Part shown: one piece after another, positions 19,866 through 29,995 of the stretch | Numbering within the stretch: the first letter of the stretch is position 1 | Layout of the letters: each line of letters opens with the position of its first letter | NCBI GenBank assembly: GCA_934098705.1 | Contig: CAKOPC010000003.1 | Location: 5,321-69,320 of the forward strand | Length of the DNA: 64,000 nt | Source: an uncultured Bacilli bacterium | Lineage (GTDB): Bacteria; Bacillota_I; Bacilli_A; RF39; UBA660 | Direction of reading: 5' to 3' | Made by a program: the position numbers and the translations under genes | The notes under the pieces: generated by a model | What the model was told of the DNA's origin: nothing | Seen by the model: only the letters and a program-made list of their open reading frames with translations | Databases searched by the model: none

Positions 19866-20882
19866 TTATAATTTATTATTACTTTTTATTTCATTAACTA
19901 AATCTTTAATTGTATATTCAATATTTCTTGTTTGGTAATCTAAATCCTTTTTTGCTTTAGCATTTGTAAAGTTAGCATTGGCTTTTAATGTATACAATGA
20001 ATATTTAGTAAATAATGGTGTTTTTTTTCTAAATCTATAATATAGTTCAAATAAAGGAACAATATTTTTAACCATGTTTATTGAAACAACTTTTGTTATT
20101 GGTCTTATAGCACCATACTCACATACCAAATCAGCTATTTTTTTTATGGTTACATATTCACCTGATAAAATATATCCTTCCCCTTTTTTACCTTTAGTAC
20201 AAGCATTAATAATACCTTCAGCGACATCTCTTACATCGACAAAGTCATATCCACCTTCAGTTACCAAAGGAAGTTTTTCATTTAAGATATTTTTTATTAA
20301 AACGGTCATATTTGTATTGGTAAAATCATTTACCCCTAGAAGTCCTGATGGAAATACAACACAAGCATTTAAATTATTGTTTTTAACTTCATTAAACACA
20401 TACTTTGTCGTTTCAGCTTTAGTCTTTGCATATAAACCAATAATTTTATCTGGATCAAAACTTGCATTTTCATCCATTACCTCATGATTTGGTTTTTCTT
20501 CTATTGCATGTACACTGCTAACATAGACTAGTTTAGCTTTTATTTCTTTGGTTTTTTGAATGATGTTTTTAGTCCCTTGTACATTAACTTGATATACTCT
20601 TTCATTATATTTACTATCAAGGTATACTATTGAAGCACAATGAATAACATAAATATTTGCTTTTTCTTTAACTTTTTCATCAATATTAAATATATCTTTT
20701 AATGTTTCTATCTTTGTTACATCACCATAGAATTTTTTGCATTTAAGCCCTTTTAGAGCATCTGTTTTATCATTGGGTATAATTAATGCTCTTATTTCGT
20801 TATTATTATCTTTTTCAAGTAATCTTACAATATTGTTTCCAAGAAAGCCATTAGCTCCTGTTATTATATAAATATTTTTCAT
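19866..20882 (-). CDS. NAD-dependent epimerase/dehydratase (extended SDR) family protein
   Basis: Rossmann motif IITGANGFLGNNIV near the N-terminus. Start likely MKNIYI. Confidence 0.7.
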   Translation of the reverse strand: MKNIYIITGANGFLGNNIVRLLEKDNNNEIRALIIPNDKTDALKGLKCKKFYGDVTKIETLKDIFNIDEKVKEKANIYVIHCASIVYLDSKYNERVYQVNVQGTKNIIQKTKEIKAKLVYVSSVHAIEEKPNHEVMDENASFDPDKIIGLYAKTKAETTKYVFNEVKNNNLNACVVFPSGLLGVNDFTNTNMTVLIKNILNEKLPLVTEGGYDFVDVRDVAEGIINACTKGKKGEGYILSGEYVTIKKIADLVCEYGAIRPITKVVSINMVKNIVPLFELYYRFRKKTPLFTKYSLYTLKANANFTNAKAKKDLDYQTRNIEYTIKDLVNEIKSNNKL

Positions 20883-20893
20883 ATAGTTCACCA

Positions 20894-21490
20894 TTATTTC
20901 CTTATAAAGTTTTCTTTTCCTTGTTTACATTTAGGACACACAAAGGTTTCTGGAAGATTTTCTCCATCATATATATATCCACACAATGTGCATACCCAAA
21001 AAGTTTTATTATCTTTAGTTGTTATTTTAATTAATTCTTCTTTATGTTCTTGATAATAATGATATGTCATAACTTCATCATCACTAGTTATATCGCCTTC
21101 AAACATTTGACCAAAGAATACAGTATGAGTTTCATTTTCAACAAAGCCCTCCACATCACATATTAAATAACCTAAAGTATTACTAATAATGTTTATTCCA
21201 TCAACTTCTCTATATTCTATTTCCTTAAATTTATCAATTTCTCTACTTGATTTAAATCCAAATGTTTCTATAATTTTTGGATTAACTTTTTTCCCAATAA
21301 TTGACAAAGCAAATTTTTGATTTAACTTAATTAATTGATTAGTAAAATTCTTTTTATTTACTGACACTATGATAGTAGGTTTTTCTCCTTTTCCTACTTG
21401 AGCAACAGCATCAACTATACAGCCCCCGCCTTTAGTTGTTAAAACATACATTCCATGTGTTATTTTTGATGTTACATCTACATTTCTCAT
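20894..21490 (-). CDS. Flavin reductase-like (FMN-binding) domain fused to a C-terminal rubredoxin-like domain
   Basis: Flavin reductase-like N-terminal domain. C-terminal two CxxC pairs (WVCTLCGYIY...FVCPKCKQ), typical rubredoxin fold. Confidence 0.65.
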   Translation of the reverse strand: MRNVDVTSKITHGMYVLTTKGGGCIVDAVAQVGKGEKPTIIVSVNKKNFTNQLIKLNQKFALSIIGKKVNPKIIETFGFKSSREIDKFKEIEYREVDGINIISNTLGYLICDVEGFVENETHTVFFGQMFEGDITSDDEVMTYHYYQEHKEELIKITTKDNKTFWVCTLCGYIYDGENLPETFVCPKCKQGKENFIRK

Positions 21491-21909
21491 TAGTTACTCC
21501 TATCCTTAAAGAATCTTTCTATTTCTATTATTGCTTCTTCCTTGCTACCAGATCCGTGAATCACATTAATGCTTTTATCAGTGCCATATTTTCCCCTTAT
21601 TGTTTCAGGCCCTGCAATCCTACTATCAGTTGGCCCTATCAACTTTCTAAATCTTTCAACTATGTTATCTCCTTCTAAAAGTAAAATTGCTACTTTATCA
21701 GAAGTCATATAGTCAACAAGTTCTGGAAAAAATGGTTTATCTACCAAATGAGCATAATGTTCTTTTAAGATTTCTTTATCCAAATATTTCAGATAAAAAT
21801 CTTTAATAGTAAATCCTTCATTGTAAATGGCCGCTATAATTTCATCTAAATACACCATTCCATCTGGCTTTACAATAGCAAGCGTCCTTTCTTTATTCTT
21901 TGTTTTCAT
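21490..21909 (-). CDS. ndk: Nucleoside diphosphate kinase
   Basis: ERTLAIVKPDG and NVIHGSGS motifs; 139 aa; GGAAGGAGG RBS. Confidence 0.8.
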   Translation of the reverse strand: MKTKNKERTLAIVKPDGMVYLDEIIAAIYNEGFTIKDFYLKYLDKEILKEHYAHLVDKPFFPELVDYMTSDKVAILLLEGDNIVERFRKLIGPTDSRIAGPETIRGKYGTDKSINVIHGSGSKEEAIIEIERFFKDRSN

Positions 21910-22612
21910 TAAATCCTCCTTCCAACCTTATTTGATTTTAAAAATATTAATTATTAAATCTTGTTTATTTTTCATTAAACCAAGCTTTTATTCACAATAA
22001 CCCTTTCCTCTTTTATCTCCATCATGGTATTCTTGCCCAGATAATCCACATGATAATCTAGCAATTTGATCCATGAATTCATTCCTTAAAAGAAGAACAT
22101 CCCAATTATAACCGTCGAAATTATAGCCATTATTAATACATACTTTACTAATGTTTGACCTTTATTATTTAACATATCTACTCCTATCTTTTACAACGTG
22201 TTATAAAATTATTCTATTTCAGCTTCATTATATCACATTTTGCTTGTTTTTCCTACTAATTTCGGTTGATTTATACATATACATTTGCAATAAAATTATG
22301 TAAAAAATAGCGTTTTTGCTTAAAAAAAATTATAATTTTGAATAATTTCACAAAATTTTATTTACGATTTAATTTTATTATTAAACAATGACATAATAAT
22401 TGCTCCAAAACTATTACCCAAAATTATAAACAACATTGATATTGCAGATTTAAATGACCAAGCTTTCACTAATGAAATATAGTCCATATTAGCAATTCTT
22501 GTATTTAGTATCAACAATGCTGTAATGATTATTCCTAATAAATTATCTAACAAAGTGAATATACGAGTTTTTTAAATACCCTAATTTATTTTCTAATATA
22601 TAGCTATTTCCT

Positions 22613-24082
22613 TTAAATAAATCTTTCCCAATGTTCTCTTACAGATGTTGAAACACAATTATAATATTTATGAAGTTGATCATTTATTAATTTTGCTTTT
22701 TTATTTAGTGGAGTACCATCATTGTAATATGGTCTTTTTGTTGTTCTAGTCATCATATCAGAAAACAAAACTGCTCTATCTTCTAAATAACTTTGCCTTG
22801 AATAATATGATAAGAAATAGGCATCATTTGGATTTGAAAAATTATAATCATAGGTACTATCATTAGAACCATAATTAAATCCTTCTGGATTATAGGATTT
22901 CATTATTTCTGCTAAATTTAATGTTGGATCTTTTTGTCTCATATAAATATCTATATAGTGCATTAATTCATGGTGAAGGGTATACTCAAACAAATTAGTA
23001 CCATCCGTTCCAATAGTTACTGTAATATTACTTTGATTCCTTCCATCTGTCATCCCAGAATGACCACCATTTATTTTATTTACCATATAGATTCTAAGAG
23101 ATACATTATTATCTTTCATTTCTTTAAAGAAACCATTTGGATATTTTTTTAATGTAGATTCAATTTCTTTCAAATACTTATTTATCTCATTATCATCATA
23201 TAGTTTTTCAGTATTTATAGATCCACCAATTAAGTAATTTCCATTCTCATCCTTATATACGATTTTAACTAAATATTTATTTTCTAATTTTTTTCTATAT
23301 TCATCATTTATTTCAGCCTGTGGTTTTGGTTCGGATTTTGGTTCTGGCTCTTTTGGAGGATTAGGTTTATTTTCCTCTGGTTTTGGTTTTGTTGTTCCAC
23401 CATTTTGGCCATTACTTTTATTATTATTAATGTTATTGTTATTTTTATTTACACTATTGTTTTGATTTGAATTATTTTTATTGTTATTAGTTTTATTATT
23501 TTTTTTATTTAATTCTTCTTTTTTTGATTGCTCTTCTTTTTTATTTTCTTCTTTATTATCTGTAACTTGTTCTTCTTTTTTAAGTTGTTCTTTACTTATT
23601 TCTTTTTTAATATAATCTATTTTAAATATATCTAAATCTGATATTTTAACTTTTCCTTCTTTTAAAGCAGTTATAATATTTTCACTAAAATGATTTGAAC
23701 TATAATTTACTTTTATGTATTCACTTTTCATACAACTTAAAAAATAAATATATTCATCATCTCTGTATATTTCCTCTAGGGCTTCAGCACATGTAAAATC
23801 TTTAATATTCTTACTTTCATCTATTATTTCAAAAGTCGTTTTTTTTAAAGGACAAGAATATTTTTCCCATTTTAAAACTGTTTTTCTTTTTTCACCTATG
23901 CAATTATAAGTATAGGTAATTAGTCCTTTGTCTTTATAATAAAGTGTCCCTCCATCAAAGTGTTCCCTTATCTTTAATACTGGACTATTTTGAAATATGA
24001 GTGCTTGTGATATATCAATAATAATTAAAATAATTATTGAGAATACTGCTATTAATATATATTTTTTATACTTATTCAACAT
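22613..24082 (-). CDS. Membrane-anchored HExxH metalloprotease-like exoprotein with Asn/Lys- and Pro-rich low-complexity linker
   Basis: N-terminal TM. Linker NNKNNSNQNN...PKPEENKPNPPKEPEPKSEPKPQ. C-terminal domain with YTLHHELMHYID. Confidence 0.5.
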   Translation of the reverse strand: MLNKYKKYILIAVFSIIILIIIDISQALIFQNSPVLKIREHFDGGTLYYKDKGLITYTYNCIGEKRKTVLKWEKYSCPLKKTTFEIIDESKNIKDFTCAEALEEIYRDDEYIYFLSCMKSEYIKVNYSSNHFSENIITALKEGKVKISDLDIFKIDYIKKEISKEQLKKEEQVTDNKEENKKEEQSKKEELNKKNNKTNNNKNNSNQNNSVNKNNNNINNNKSNGQNGGTTKPKPEENKPNPPKEPEPKSEPKPQAEINDEYRKKLENKYLVKIVYKDENGNYLIGGSINTEKLYDDNEINKYLKEIESTLKKYPNGFFKEMKDNNVSLRIYMVNKINGGHSGMTDGRNQSNITVTIGTDGTNLFEYTLHHELMHYIDIYMRQKDPTLNLAEIMKSYNPEGFNYGSNDSTYDYNFSNPNDAYFLSYYSRQSYLEDRAVLFSDMMTRTTKRPYYNDGTPLNKKAKLINDQLHKYYNCVSTSVREHWERFI

Positions 24083-24096
24083 ATTTACACCTCCAT

Positions 24097-24792
24097 CTAA
24101 ATAAATATCCTTTGTTTTATTTCATCCATTAATTTTCTATTATAAGAAATCATAAATAGAATTAATCCTATAATTGTTATTGGTAATATAGCATATATTG
24201 ACCAATTAATAAGAATTTTCTCATATTTAAACATATCAACACACATCTCTATTGTTAAAAGAATTACTGATATAAATGAAAATGCAACAGAAAATCTTCT
24301 TAATAAATTATATTTTTTCTTACTTAATACAAATACACAAAGGACGATATAAATCCAAATTATAAATATAAATGGACAAACTAAATAATAAAACCAATGT
24401 AATCCGTTATTTAAATATGCTATTACATATATTAATATTTCAGTTGCAAATAAATCAATTATTAATGGAATAAATTTATTTTTAAATAATATAAATGATA
24501 GTTTAGAATCCAAAAACAAAATAGATACAATTACATAAATACTCCATGTAATATTTCCTGTAAATATCAAATCACATAAAACTGTAATAATGGTTGCACA
24601 TATTAATACAACTGTTATTAATTCACACAAATATTTTTTATTTATTCCTTTATGCTTTTCAACTACTTGACTATATGCTGGAGTAAACTTATCTTTTAAG
24701 TTATTTGGATTTATTACTTTTGTATTACACAAAGGGCAAACTTTTTCAGATTGTTTTAATTTAACTCCACAATTAACACAATAACTCATCAT
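24097..24792 (-). CDS. Zinc-ribbon (CxxC...CxxC) N-terminus fused to a polytopic membrane domain
   Basis: MMSYCVNCGVKLKQSEKVCPLCNT followed by ~5 TM helices. Confidence 0.5.
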   Translation of the reverse strand: MMSYCVNCGVKLKQSEKVCPLCNTKVINPNNLKDKFTPAYSQVVEKHKGINKKYLCELITVVLICATIITVLCDLIFTGNITWSIYVIVSILFLDSKLSFILFKNKFIPLIIDLFATEILIYVIAYLNNGLHWFYYLVCPFIFIIWIYIVLCVFVLSKKKYNLLRRFSVAFSFISVILLTIEMCVDMFKYEKILINWSIYAILPITIIGLILFMISYNRKLMDEIKQRIFI

Positions 24793-26075
24793 AACCTCCT
24801 ATTACTTTCTATTAAAACGGGTACTCCCATTTCAACTAATGTAGTAAATAATATTCGTTCAAATTCAGCTTCTTTTATTTTTCTAGTTATAGTTATATAT
24901 AAATTACCATTATATCCAACCACTGCTGATGATGCAGGCTTTCCTCTTGATTTTCCTATTGCAATTCCCATTTCTAAAACATATTTTTCTACTTCTTTGG
25001 GTAATACAATATTTCCCAGATTAGATAAAGTATTAGAACAATATCTATCCCCCATCATTTTTTCGGCAAATGACATTATATGTTTTTTTATAAACATTGG
25101 TAAGAGTCTTATGAAATAATTTCTTGCTATTTTTACATTAGCACTTATTTTAGCATTTAACATTTTTTCAGTCAAGTTAAGTTCCAAAGTGTTTTTAACT
25201 ATCTTTATTGTTTCTTCTAAAGAGTAATTACCATATGTAGTATCTATTCCAACATTTATATAAGAAGAAAAATTTCTCATTGTACTACTTTTATAATAAT
25301 TTCTTAAATTAACCGGTATTGATATTTTTACTTCCTTATTTTTCTTTTTATGTTCTCTATTATATAATTCTTGTATAGATAGAATGTATAATGATGCTAA
25401 TAAACAGGTTATAGTACATTCATACTTTTTAGTTATTTTTTTAAAATCATCTATCTTAATAATACCAGTAATAACATTTAAATCATTATTACTAATAAGA
25501 GTTCCTTTATAATGGTATGCTGGTTTTTCATGCACTAACTTTCCAGTTTTTCTAGCATACTTTTTAAAGTCATCACTATATTCTTCTTTACTAACTTTTT
25601 CTTTTGGATTTAAAACATAATTATTATATGTAATTTTTGTATTATATTTTAATTTAATATATTCTCCTACTAATGTAGATATAAATATAATTGCTCCCGT
25701 ACCATCGGTTAAGGCGTGAAAAAATTCAACTGCAATTCTATTTTCATAATATCTAACTCTAAATAGATAATTTCTATAATTTTTAAACTTTATTCTAAAC
25801 ATAGGATTATTATAATCTTGCTCTATTATGGGGTTATCTTTTATTTTTTTAAAATAACACCAAAAAAGTCCTTGCTTTAACTGATATTTAAATGTTGGAA
25901 ATCTATCTATTACATTGTTTAATGCACATTGTAAAACATCTTTATCTATTTTATCTTTTAAAGTCATGCTAACACGAAACATAGCAGCATATTTTCTTGA
26001 TAATGTTGACGGATAAATAGTTGCAGCATTATCTAGTTTTAACCAATTTGGTGTTTTTTCTTTCATTTTAAGCAT
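24789..26075 (-). CDS. HxxxDG-motif acyltransferase (condensation-domain / WS-DGAT-like fold)
   Basis: FHALTDGTG motif at ~aa 120 of a 428-aa protein; start overlaps the downstream gene. Confidence 0.45.
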   Translation of the reverse strand: MLKMKEKTPNWLKLDNAATIYPSTLSRKYAAMFRVSMTLKDKIDKDVLQCALNNVIDRFPTFKYQLKQGLFWCYFKKIKDNPIIEQDYNNPMFRIKFKNYRNYLFRVRYYENRIAVEFFHALTDGTGAIIFISTLVGEYIKLKYNTKITYNNYVLNPKEKVSKEEYSDDFKKYARKTGKLVHEKPAYHYKGTLISNNDLNVITGIIKIDDFKKITKKYECTITCLLASLYILSIQELYNREHKKKNKEVKISIPVNLRNYYKSSTMRNFSSYINVGIDTTYGNYSLEETIKIVKNTLELNLTEKMLNAKISANVKIARNYFIRLLPMFIKKHIMSFAEKMMGDRYCSNTLSNLGNIVLPKEVEKYVLEMGIAIGKSRGKPASSAVVGYNGNLYITITRKIKEAEFERILFTTLVEMGVPVLIESNRRL

Positions 26076-26147
26076 CTCCCCATCTTCTTACAATAAAAGA
26101 AAGCATTACTTATATAGTATCAGAAATGCTTTCTTCTCTTATATTAT

Positions 26148-26963
26148 TTATTTAACTTCAAATTCTACTGCTGAATATACTATTTCAGTATCTTCACTTG
26201 CATTTTCCTCAGTAAATGATTTAACAATTCTGTATTTTCCTTTTGTCAAAGATTCTCTAAACATTCCATCTATTTCAGTTGTAATTATTTCCTCACCCTT
26301 AATAACATGAAGAATTAAGTTAAATGATGGTTCCTCTGTCCATTTTACTTCATACCACTTACCATCTTTTTCCATTTCTACATAAAAATCTTCTTCATAC
26401 TCATAGGATTTCTTAGTCATATTTTTGATAATCAATTTAATTTTGTTATTCATCATGTCTTCTGACTTCATTTCGTTATTTTTTATTTCCATCATTATTT
26501 TATTGTTTGTAACATTATATTTTGACATTTCACCAATAGTATAGACTTTAGATAAATACATCATTATATCTTCATATTCTTTTTTACTTAATTTGAATAT
26601 TCCATTGTATGGTTGTTCAAGATAATACATATCATCTTTCATATAAATATTCATTATATTTTTTTCATCATCACCTATAATGAAAGAAATTTTTATAAGT
26701 TTTTTAACATCTTTTGGTGTATCTGTTACACTTTTTTTCATAGACTTTTTGTTTTCTATAATTTTGTATATTTTTTCTATTTCTTTTTTATCACTAATAG
26801 TAACAACTCTATTATCTTCCTTTATTAAAACTTCTTCAACTTCTCCCCTTTTAGGAAGATTAATTTTTCTATTATTTGATAAAACATATACTACCCCACA
26901 CATTATAGCTGCAAGTGCTATTATAACAATAAGTTTAATTATTTCTTTTTTTAAAGTTTTCAT
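26148..26963 (-). CDS. Membrane-anchored hypothetical protein
   Basis: N-terminal TM anchor, Lys/Glu-rich, 271 aa. Confidence 0.4.
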   Translation of the reverse strand: MKTLKKEIIKLIVIIALAAIMCGVVYVLSNNRKINLPKRGEVEEVLIKEDNRVVTISDKKEIEKIYKIIENKKSMKKSVTDTPKDVKKLIKISFIIGDDEKNIMNIYMKDDMYYLEQPYNGIFKLSKKEYEDIMMYLSKVYTIGEMSKYNVTNNKIMMEIKNNEMKSEDMMNNKIKLIIKNMTKKSYEYEEDFYVEMEKDGKWYEVKWTEEPSFNLILHVIKGEEIITTEIDGMFRESLTKGKYRIVKSFTEENASEDTEIVYSAVEFEVK

Positions 26964-26977
26964 TTTTTTCCTCCAAT

Positions 26978-27574
26978 TTAGTTATTTTTTTTAAAAACTG
27001 TTATTTTTTCATATCCACCTAAATCAATAACATTTTTAAAACCATTTTTATTTAATTTAATCATTGCATTGTGGCTTCTTCTTCCACTTCTACAATAAAC
27101 AAAAATATATTTGTTTTTGTCAAGTTTATTAAGATTTTTTTCTAATATCTCTTCTGGTATATTTATTGCATCAACCAAATGACCCGAATCAAATTCTTCT
27201 TTAGTTCTAACATCTACAATAGTGTAGTTGTTTTCAGTAATTATTTTTTTGATGTTTTCCTCTTTTGTATCTTTAGACCACTGCCAAACATTTTCCTTAA
27301 ACATTGTTTTAAAAGTCTTTTTGGAAATTGTGTATTGGACTAGATCCTCTGACATTTGGTTAAGATCATATTCATATCTAACAGTAAAACCTAAACTATG
27401 TATTTCTTCAATATATATATTTTTGTTATTGCTCTTTATTTCTTCAACTTTTAATTTAACAAGTGGCTTATCATACAAATTAAGTTCTAACCTTATACAT
27501 TCCTCAACAAAGAATACCAAAAATACGAATACTATTATTATAAAAATTGGTAGCATTCTATAAATTAACTTCAC
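26978..27574 (-). CDS. Membrane-anchored rhodanese-domain sulfurtransferase-like protein
   Basis: C-terminal rhodanese active-site loop YCRSGRRS. Probable GTG start at 27574 (GAAAGGAG RBS), because the upstream part of the track ORF overlaps the promoter. Confidence 0.6.
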   Translation of the reverse strand: MKLIYRMLPIFIIIVFVFLVFFVEECIRLELNLYDKPLVKLKVEEIKSNNKNIYIEEIHSLGFTVRYEYDLNQMSEDLVQYTISKKTFKTMFKENVWQWSKDTKEENIKKIITENNYTIVDVRTKEEFDSGHLVDAINIPEEILEKNLNKLDKNKYIFVYCRSGRRSHNAMIKLNKNGFKNVIDLGGYEKITVFKKNN

Positions 27575-27632
27575 ATATTTTCTCCTTTCTTTTTTGCAAT
27601 ATATCCTCTTGTTATATATATGATACCACATT

Positions 27633-27653
27633 TTTTCCGTTTTCGGTAGATTT
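27633..27653 (-). promoter_or_regulatory. Operator/promoter copy 1 of the recurring palindromic motif (TACYGAWWTCRGTA class), upstream of the rhodanese gene
   Basis: Gene-strand reading TCTACCGAAAACGGAAAAAATGTGGTATCAT: operator followed by a TGnTATCAT extended -10. Confidence 0.5.
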
Positions 27654-27713
27654 TTTTAATTTTTTCTCTCACTTTACAAAAAAACAAGCCATTTTTGACT
27701 TGTTTAAAAACAT

Positions 27714-27986
27714 TTAATTTATTTTGTCTTTTATGGCTGTGCTAAGTTTAAAGTTTACTGATTTTGAAGCTTTAATTTTTATTTTTTCACCAGTTAAAGG
27801 ATTCCTGCCATCTCTAGCAGCTCTTGCAGTAATTTTAAATATTCCAAATCCTGCAACCGAAACTTTTTCTCCTTTAGCTAATTCATCTTTAAAAATTTCA
27901 AAAGTAGTGTTAAATACTTTTTTACATTCGGTTTTTGTTAAACCTGTTTTAGTAGCTAAAGCTTCTATCATTTCTGATTTTTTCAT
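27714..27986 (-). CDS. hup: HU-family DNA-binding protein
   Basis: MKKSEMIEALATKTGLTKTECKKVFNTTFEIF...GFGIFKITARAARDGRNPLTGE, a classic HU signature; start at the internal Met. Confidence 0.8.
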   Translation of the reverse strand: MKKSEMIEALATKTGLTKTECKKVFNTTFEIFKDELAKGEKVSVAGFGIFKITARAARDGRNPLTGEKIKIKASKSVNFKLSTAIKDKIN

Positions 27987-28049
27987 TCTTGCTACCATCC
28001 TTCTATAACAAATTCATTTTTATTTAACAAAAAAATTATAATTTGTTAT

Positions 28050-28418
28050 TCAATCTTTTAATAAATTACCTTGTTTAAATTTTTCACTATATTTGATGGT
28101 TTCTTCTTTATCTAACATCGGTTCAGCACTAACATCTTCAAAGATTATTTTTTTATTTTTATAGGTAAACCAAAAATACATATTTGGTTTTTTCTCAAAT
28201 TCAACGGAAATTCTCCACTCATTATAACTTAAAATTTTATTTATATATGAATGATCTATTTTAATATTTTTTATATCACTTGAATTATATCCTCTATTTT
28301 CTATTTCAACAATAGTATCACTTTTTATGAATTTTTTCTTTATTTCAACATTTAATGCTAATCCAATGACAATAATAAATAGAATTATACCTATAATTAC
28401 TGATACTTTTCTTTTCAT
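28050..28418 (-). CDS. Membrane-anchored hypothetical protein
   Basis: N-terminal TM, 122 aa. Confidence 0.35.
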   Translation of the reverse strand: MKRKVSVIIGIILFIIVIGLALNVEIKKKFIKSDTIVEIENRGYNSSDIKNIKIDHSYINKILSYNEWRISVEFEKKPNMYFWFTYKNKKIIFEDVSAEPMLDKEETIKYSEKFKQGNLLKD

Positions 28419-28467
28419 AACTCTCCTTTACAAATTACTATTTGTCTTTCAATATATATTATAACTT

Positions 28468-29025
28468 TTAAAATCTATTTTTATTATTATATATGTAATA
28501 CATTGGTTCGACTTTTTTAAACTTTAATCTTGGAATCAATGCTGTAAGTACGGAAATTGCTTTTCTTTGATCTAATGGTTTTTCTAAATAACCATCAAAA
28601 CCAATTACATTTATAAAATATTTGGTTTCGTTTCTTTCAACCGTTAATACAATTACCTTTATATCTTTTTTTATTTTTTTTACTGCTTTTAAAACTTCTT
28701 CTCCACTACCATTATTTGAATAAGTATTATTTGTGATAATTACATTATATTTATCTGGATTATCCATAAACTCTTGAATTAATGCTTCACAACTAGGAAC
28801 AATAGTTGTTTTGCAACCAAGACTTTCTAAGATGGAATTTGATATAATTGCCATTTGCTCATAATAATCGCCAAGTAACACTGACACTTTTTTACTTGGT
28901 TTATACTTATGTAAGTTATCAATTATCTCTTTACTTTTTTCATGTACTGTTTTATTATAAAAATACGAACTGATTTTATTCTCATTATATTTATTATTAC
29001 TTGAAACAATTTCGTTTTGATTCAT
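28468..29025 (-). CDS. Orphan receiver (REC)-like domain protein lacking an output domain; the phospho-acceptor Asp may be replaced
   Basis: CheY-like alpha/beta pattern (KVSVLLGDYYEQ...NVIITNN...KVIVLTVERN...GFDGYLEKP). Start at MNQNEIV (29025). Confidence 0.4.
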   Translation of the reverse strand: MNQNEIVSSNNKYNENKISSYFYNKTVHEKSKEIIDNLHKYKPSKKVSVLLGDYYEQMAIISNSILESLGCKTTIVPSCEALIQEFMDNPDKYNVIITNNTYSNNGSGEEVLKAVKKIKKDIKVIVLTVERNETKYFINVIGFDGYLEKPLDQRKAISVLTALIPRLKFKKVEPMYYIYNNKNRF

Positions 29026-29132
29026 AATTATCACCACATTTTGTATCAAAAATTTGATCTTTAAATAGTTGTTTAAAAGCGAAAAGCATAAGATCCTATA
29101 CAAGAAATATTATACTTTTTTTACCAAAAATG

Positions 29133-29175
29133 TCAACCGATTTCAGTAAACCTTCTACCGATTTCAGTAAATTTT
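29133..29175 (-). promoter_or_regulatory. Two tandem operator copies (CAACCGATTTCAGTAAACC / TTCTACCGATTTCAGTAAATT) upstream of the REC-like gene, adjacent to the small HTH gene
   Basis: Gene-strand reading TTTACTGAAATCGGTAGAAGGTTTACTGAAATCGGTTGACA-17bp-TATAAT. Confidence 0.5.
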
Positions 29176-29284
29176 ATATCAATACTTTAAATATTTTTTT
29201 TGTTTTCAGAAAAATTTATTGAAATCAAGAGATTTTTTTATTTTTTTTTTGATATAATTACATATAGACAAAGGAGGCCATAAT

Positions 29285-29524
29285 ATGTCTTTTACGCAGG
29301 CAATAATCAATAGAATACTTGAACTATGTGAAAAGAACCATATTACTCCAAATAAGTTATCAGAACTTTCCACTGTACCGGTAGCAACACTATTTGCGTT
29401 ACTAAATGATAAAGTAGAAAATCCTAGTTCCAGAAACATATATAAAATGTGTAAGGTTTTTGGGATAACTATGGCAGAGTTTTATGATACTGATATATTT
29501 AATCAAATGAATTTTACAAAATAA
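29285..29524 (+). CDS. Small XRE-family HTH protein (79 aa)
   Basis: HTH region ITPNKLSELSTVPVATLFALLN. AAAGGAGG RBS; own -10 TATAAT at ~29248. Confidence 0.55.
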   Translation: MSFTQAIINRILELCEKNHITPNKLSELSTVPVATLFALLNDKVENPSSRNIYKMCKVFGITMAEFYDTDIFNQMNFTK

Positions 29525-29589
29525 TTATTTATATCGCAACCAAAATGGTTGTTTTCTTTTTACATAATTTTTTTATTTTTTTAAACATT

Positions 29590-29625
29590 TTCTACCGATT
29601 TCAGTAAATACTGTGATATAATTTA
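29590..29625 (+). promoter_or_regulatory. Operator copy plus extended -10 promoter (TTCTACCGATTTCAGTAAATACTGTGATATAAT) driving a non-coding transcript
   Basis: Same operator-to--10 architecture as the other copies. Confidence 0.5.
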
Positions 29626-29775
29626 ATTGTAGAGGAAATACGGGCATTTAAGTTATAAAGATGGATATATAAGCGAAACCGCAACCTATTTTCCTCTGCA
29701 TCCCACTTTATGTTTTTCATTTAATCTACACACTCCTTTCTGAAAATGAGGCAAAAATGTCTCATTTTTGTTTTT
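29626..29775 (+). ncRNA. Candidate ~150-nt small RNA or orphan leader
   Basis: Lies between the operator promoter and an intrinsic terminator (AATGAG-gcaaaaatgt-CTCATT + TTTTGTTTTTT, 29737-29770). Contains a 10-bp closing stem AGAGGAAATA...TATTTTCCTCT. No ORF. Confidence 0.3.
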
Positions 29776-29832
29776 TATGTCATGTTAAACATAATGTTTT
29801 GTAAAAAAAAACTCTAAAGTAATTAAGTTATT

Positions 29833-29995
29833 TTAATACTTAATACTAAAAGTAGTTCCTTTTCCTTTTAAAGATTTCATAATAACTCTTCCATTATCCT
29901 TTTCTATTATTGCTTTTGCTAAAGATAATCCTATCTCATTACTATCATTATTAGAGTTTTTCCCTTTATAAAATCTTTTATTTTTATCTTGATGT
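29833..29995 (-). pseudogene. Remnant of the C-terminal ATP-binding (HATPase_c) end of a sensor histidine kinase
   Basis: Minus-strand translation ...KRFYKGKNSNNDSNEIGLSLAKAIIEKDNGRVIMKSLKGKGTTFSIKY* resembles the G2 box through the C-terminus of histidine kinases. In-frame stops follow immediately upstream. Confidence 0.4.

Noticed and set aside
21976-22200. Minus-strand ~50-codon open frame (…GYNFDGYNWDVLLLRNEFMDQIARLSCGLSGQEYHDGDKRGKGYCE*) and 29-aa hydrophobic peptide with RBS
   Set aside because: Could be a gene remnant or a small membrane peptide, but there is no start codon for the longer frame and no recognizable family; insufficient support to call.
22362-22553. 63-aa minus-strand hydrophobic ORF
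   Set aside because: No RBS or context; could be a short membrane peptide but there is too little evidence.
27724-28008. 94-aa plus-strand ORF
   Set aside because: Exactly antisense to the well-supported HU gene.
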